Program-made: the position numbers and the translations under genes | Origin: an uncultured Acidobacteriota bacterium | Lineage (GTDB): Bacteria; Acidobacteriota; Blastocatellia; RBC074 | DNA: 64,000 bases | Reading direction: 5' to 3' | NCBI GenBank assembly: GCA_963796275.1 | Contig: CAWCKY010000007.1 | Coordinates: 864,001 to 928,000 of the forward strand | The notes under the pieces: generated by a model | The model's database searches: none | The model's input: only the letters and a program-made list of their open reading frames with translations | Told to the model about the DNA's origin: nothing | In this document: positions 63,849 to 64,000 of the stretch, piece after piece | Numbering within the stretch: position 1 is the stretch's first letter | Layout of the letters: each line of letters begins with the position of its first letter

Positions 63849-64000
63849 ATGAGCAAACCAACTGGCCTGGTCCAGGGCACACTGGATCTACTTATACTGA
63901 AGATCCTCGCATTAGAGCCCCTCAACGGCTGGGCGATCGGGCAGCGCCTGAAGCAAGTCTCCGGCGACGTCCTGCAGGTCAGCGACGGGTCGCTCTACCC
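63849..64000 (+). CDS. PadR-family transcriptional regulator, acidobacterial type (partial; absent from the ORF track)
   Basis: MSKPTGLVQGTLDLLILKILALEPLNGWAIGQRLKQVSGDVLQVSDGSLY, preceded by GAGGAGG. Confidence 0.92.
   Translation, partial: MSKPTGLVQGTLDLLILKILALEPLNGWAIGQRLKQVSGDVLQVSDGSLY

Noticed and set aside
1-64000. CRISPR array, tRNA or rRNA
   Set aside because: No regularly spaced repeats, cloverleaf signatures or rRNA-like stretch were seen by eye. This needs confirmation with tRNAscan-SE and Infernal.

Overview
This is a 64-kb accessory, mosaic region of a bacterium, most likely Acidobacteriota. That inference rests on five large TonB-dependent receptors (TBDRs), an ADOP-type duplicated permease with acidobacterial PadR, an ECF sigma/Ser-Thr kinase pair and a PQQ-type quinoprotein with cytochrome c. 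Most genes encode secreted or periplasmic foraging proteins: M14 and M36 peptidases, a peptide-binding protein, esterases, a lactonase, oxidoreductases and a phosphoesterase. Four long genes are each split by a single-base indel, probably sequencing errors. The spaces between gene blocks hold relics of IS66 (two), IS110, a PriCT-1 primase tail, an ADOP fragment and a deleted padR. The most notable non-coding signal is a 12-bp XerC-arm-like motif, TGMGTCYGATAA, found five times between gene blocks, once as a complete dif-like 11-6-11 site (55399-55426). Also notable are an IS66 right end enclosing an intact passenger lipoprotein gene and a candidate attenuator RNA upstream of a TBDR-phosphoesterase pair. 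I saw no rRNA, tRNA or CRISPR array. All family calls come from motif recognition by eye, not from database searches.
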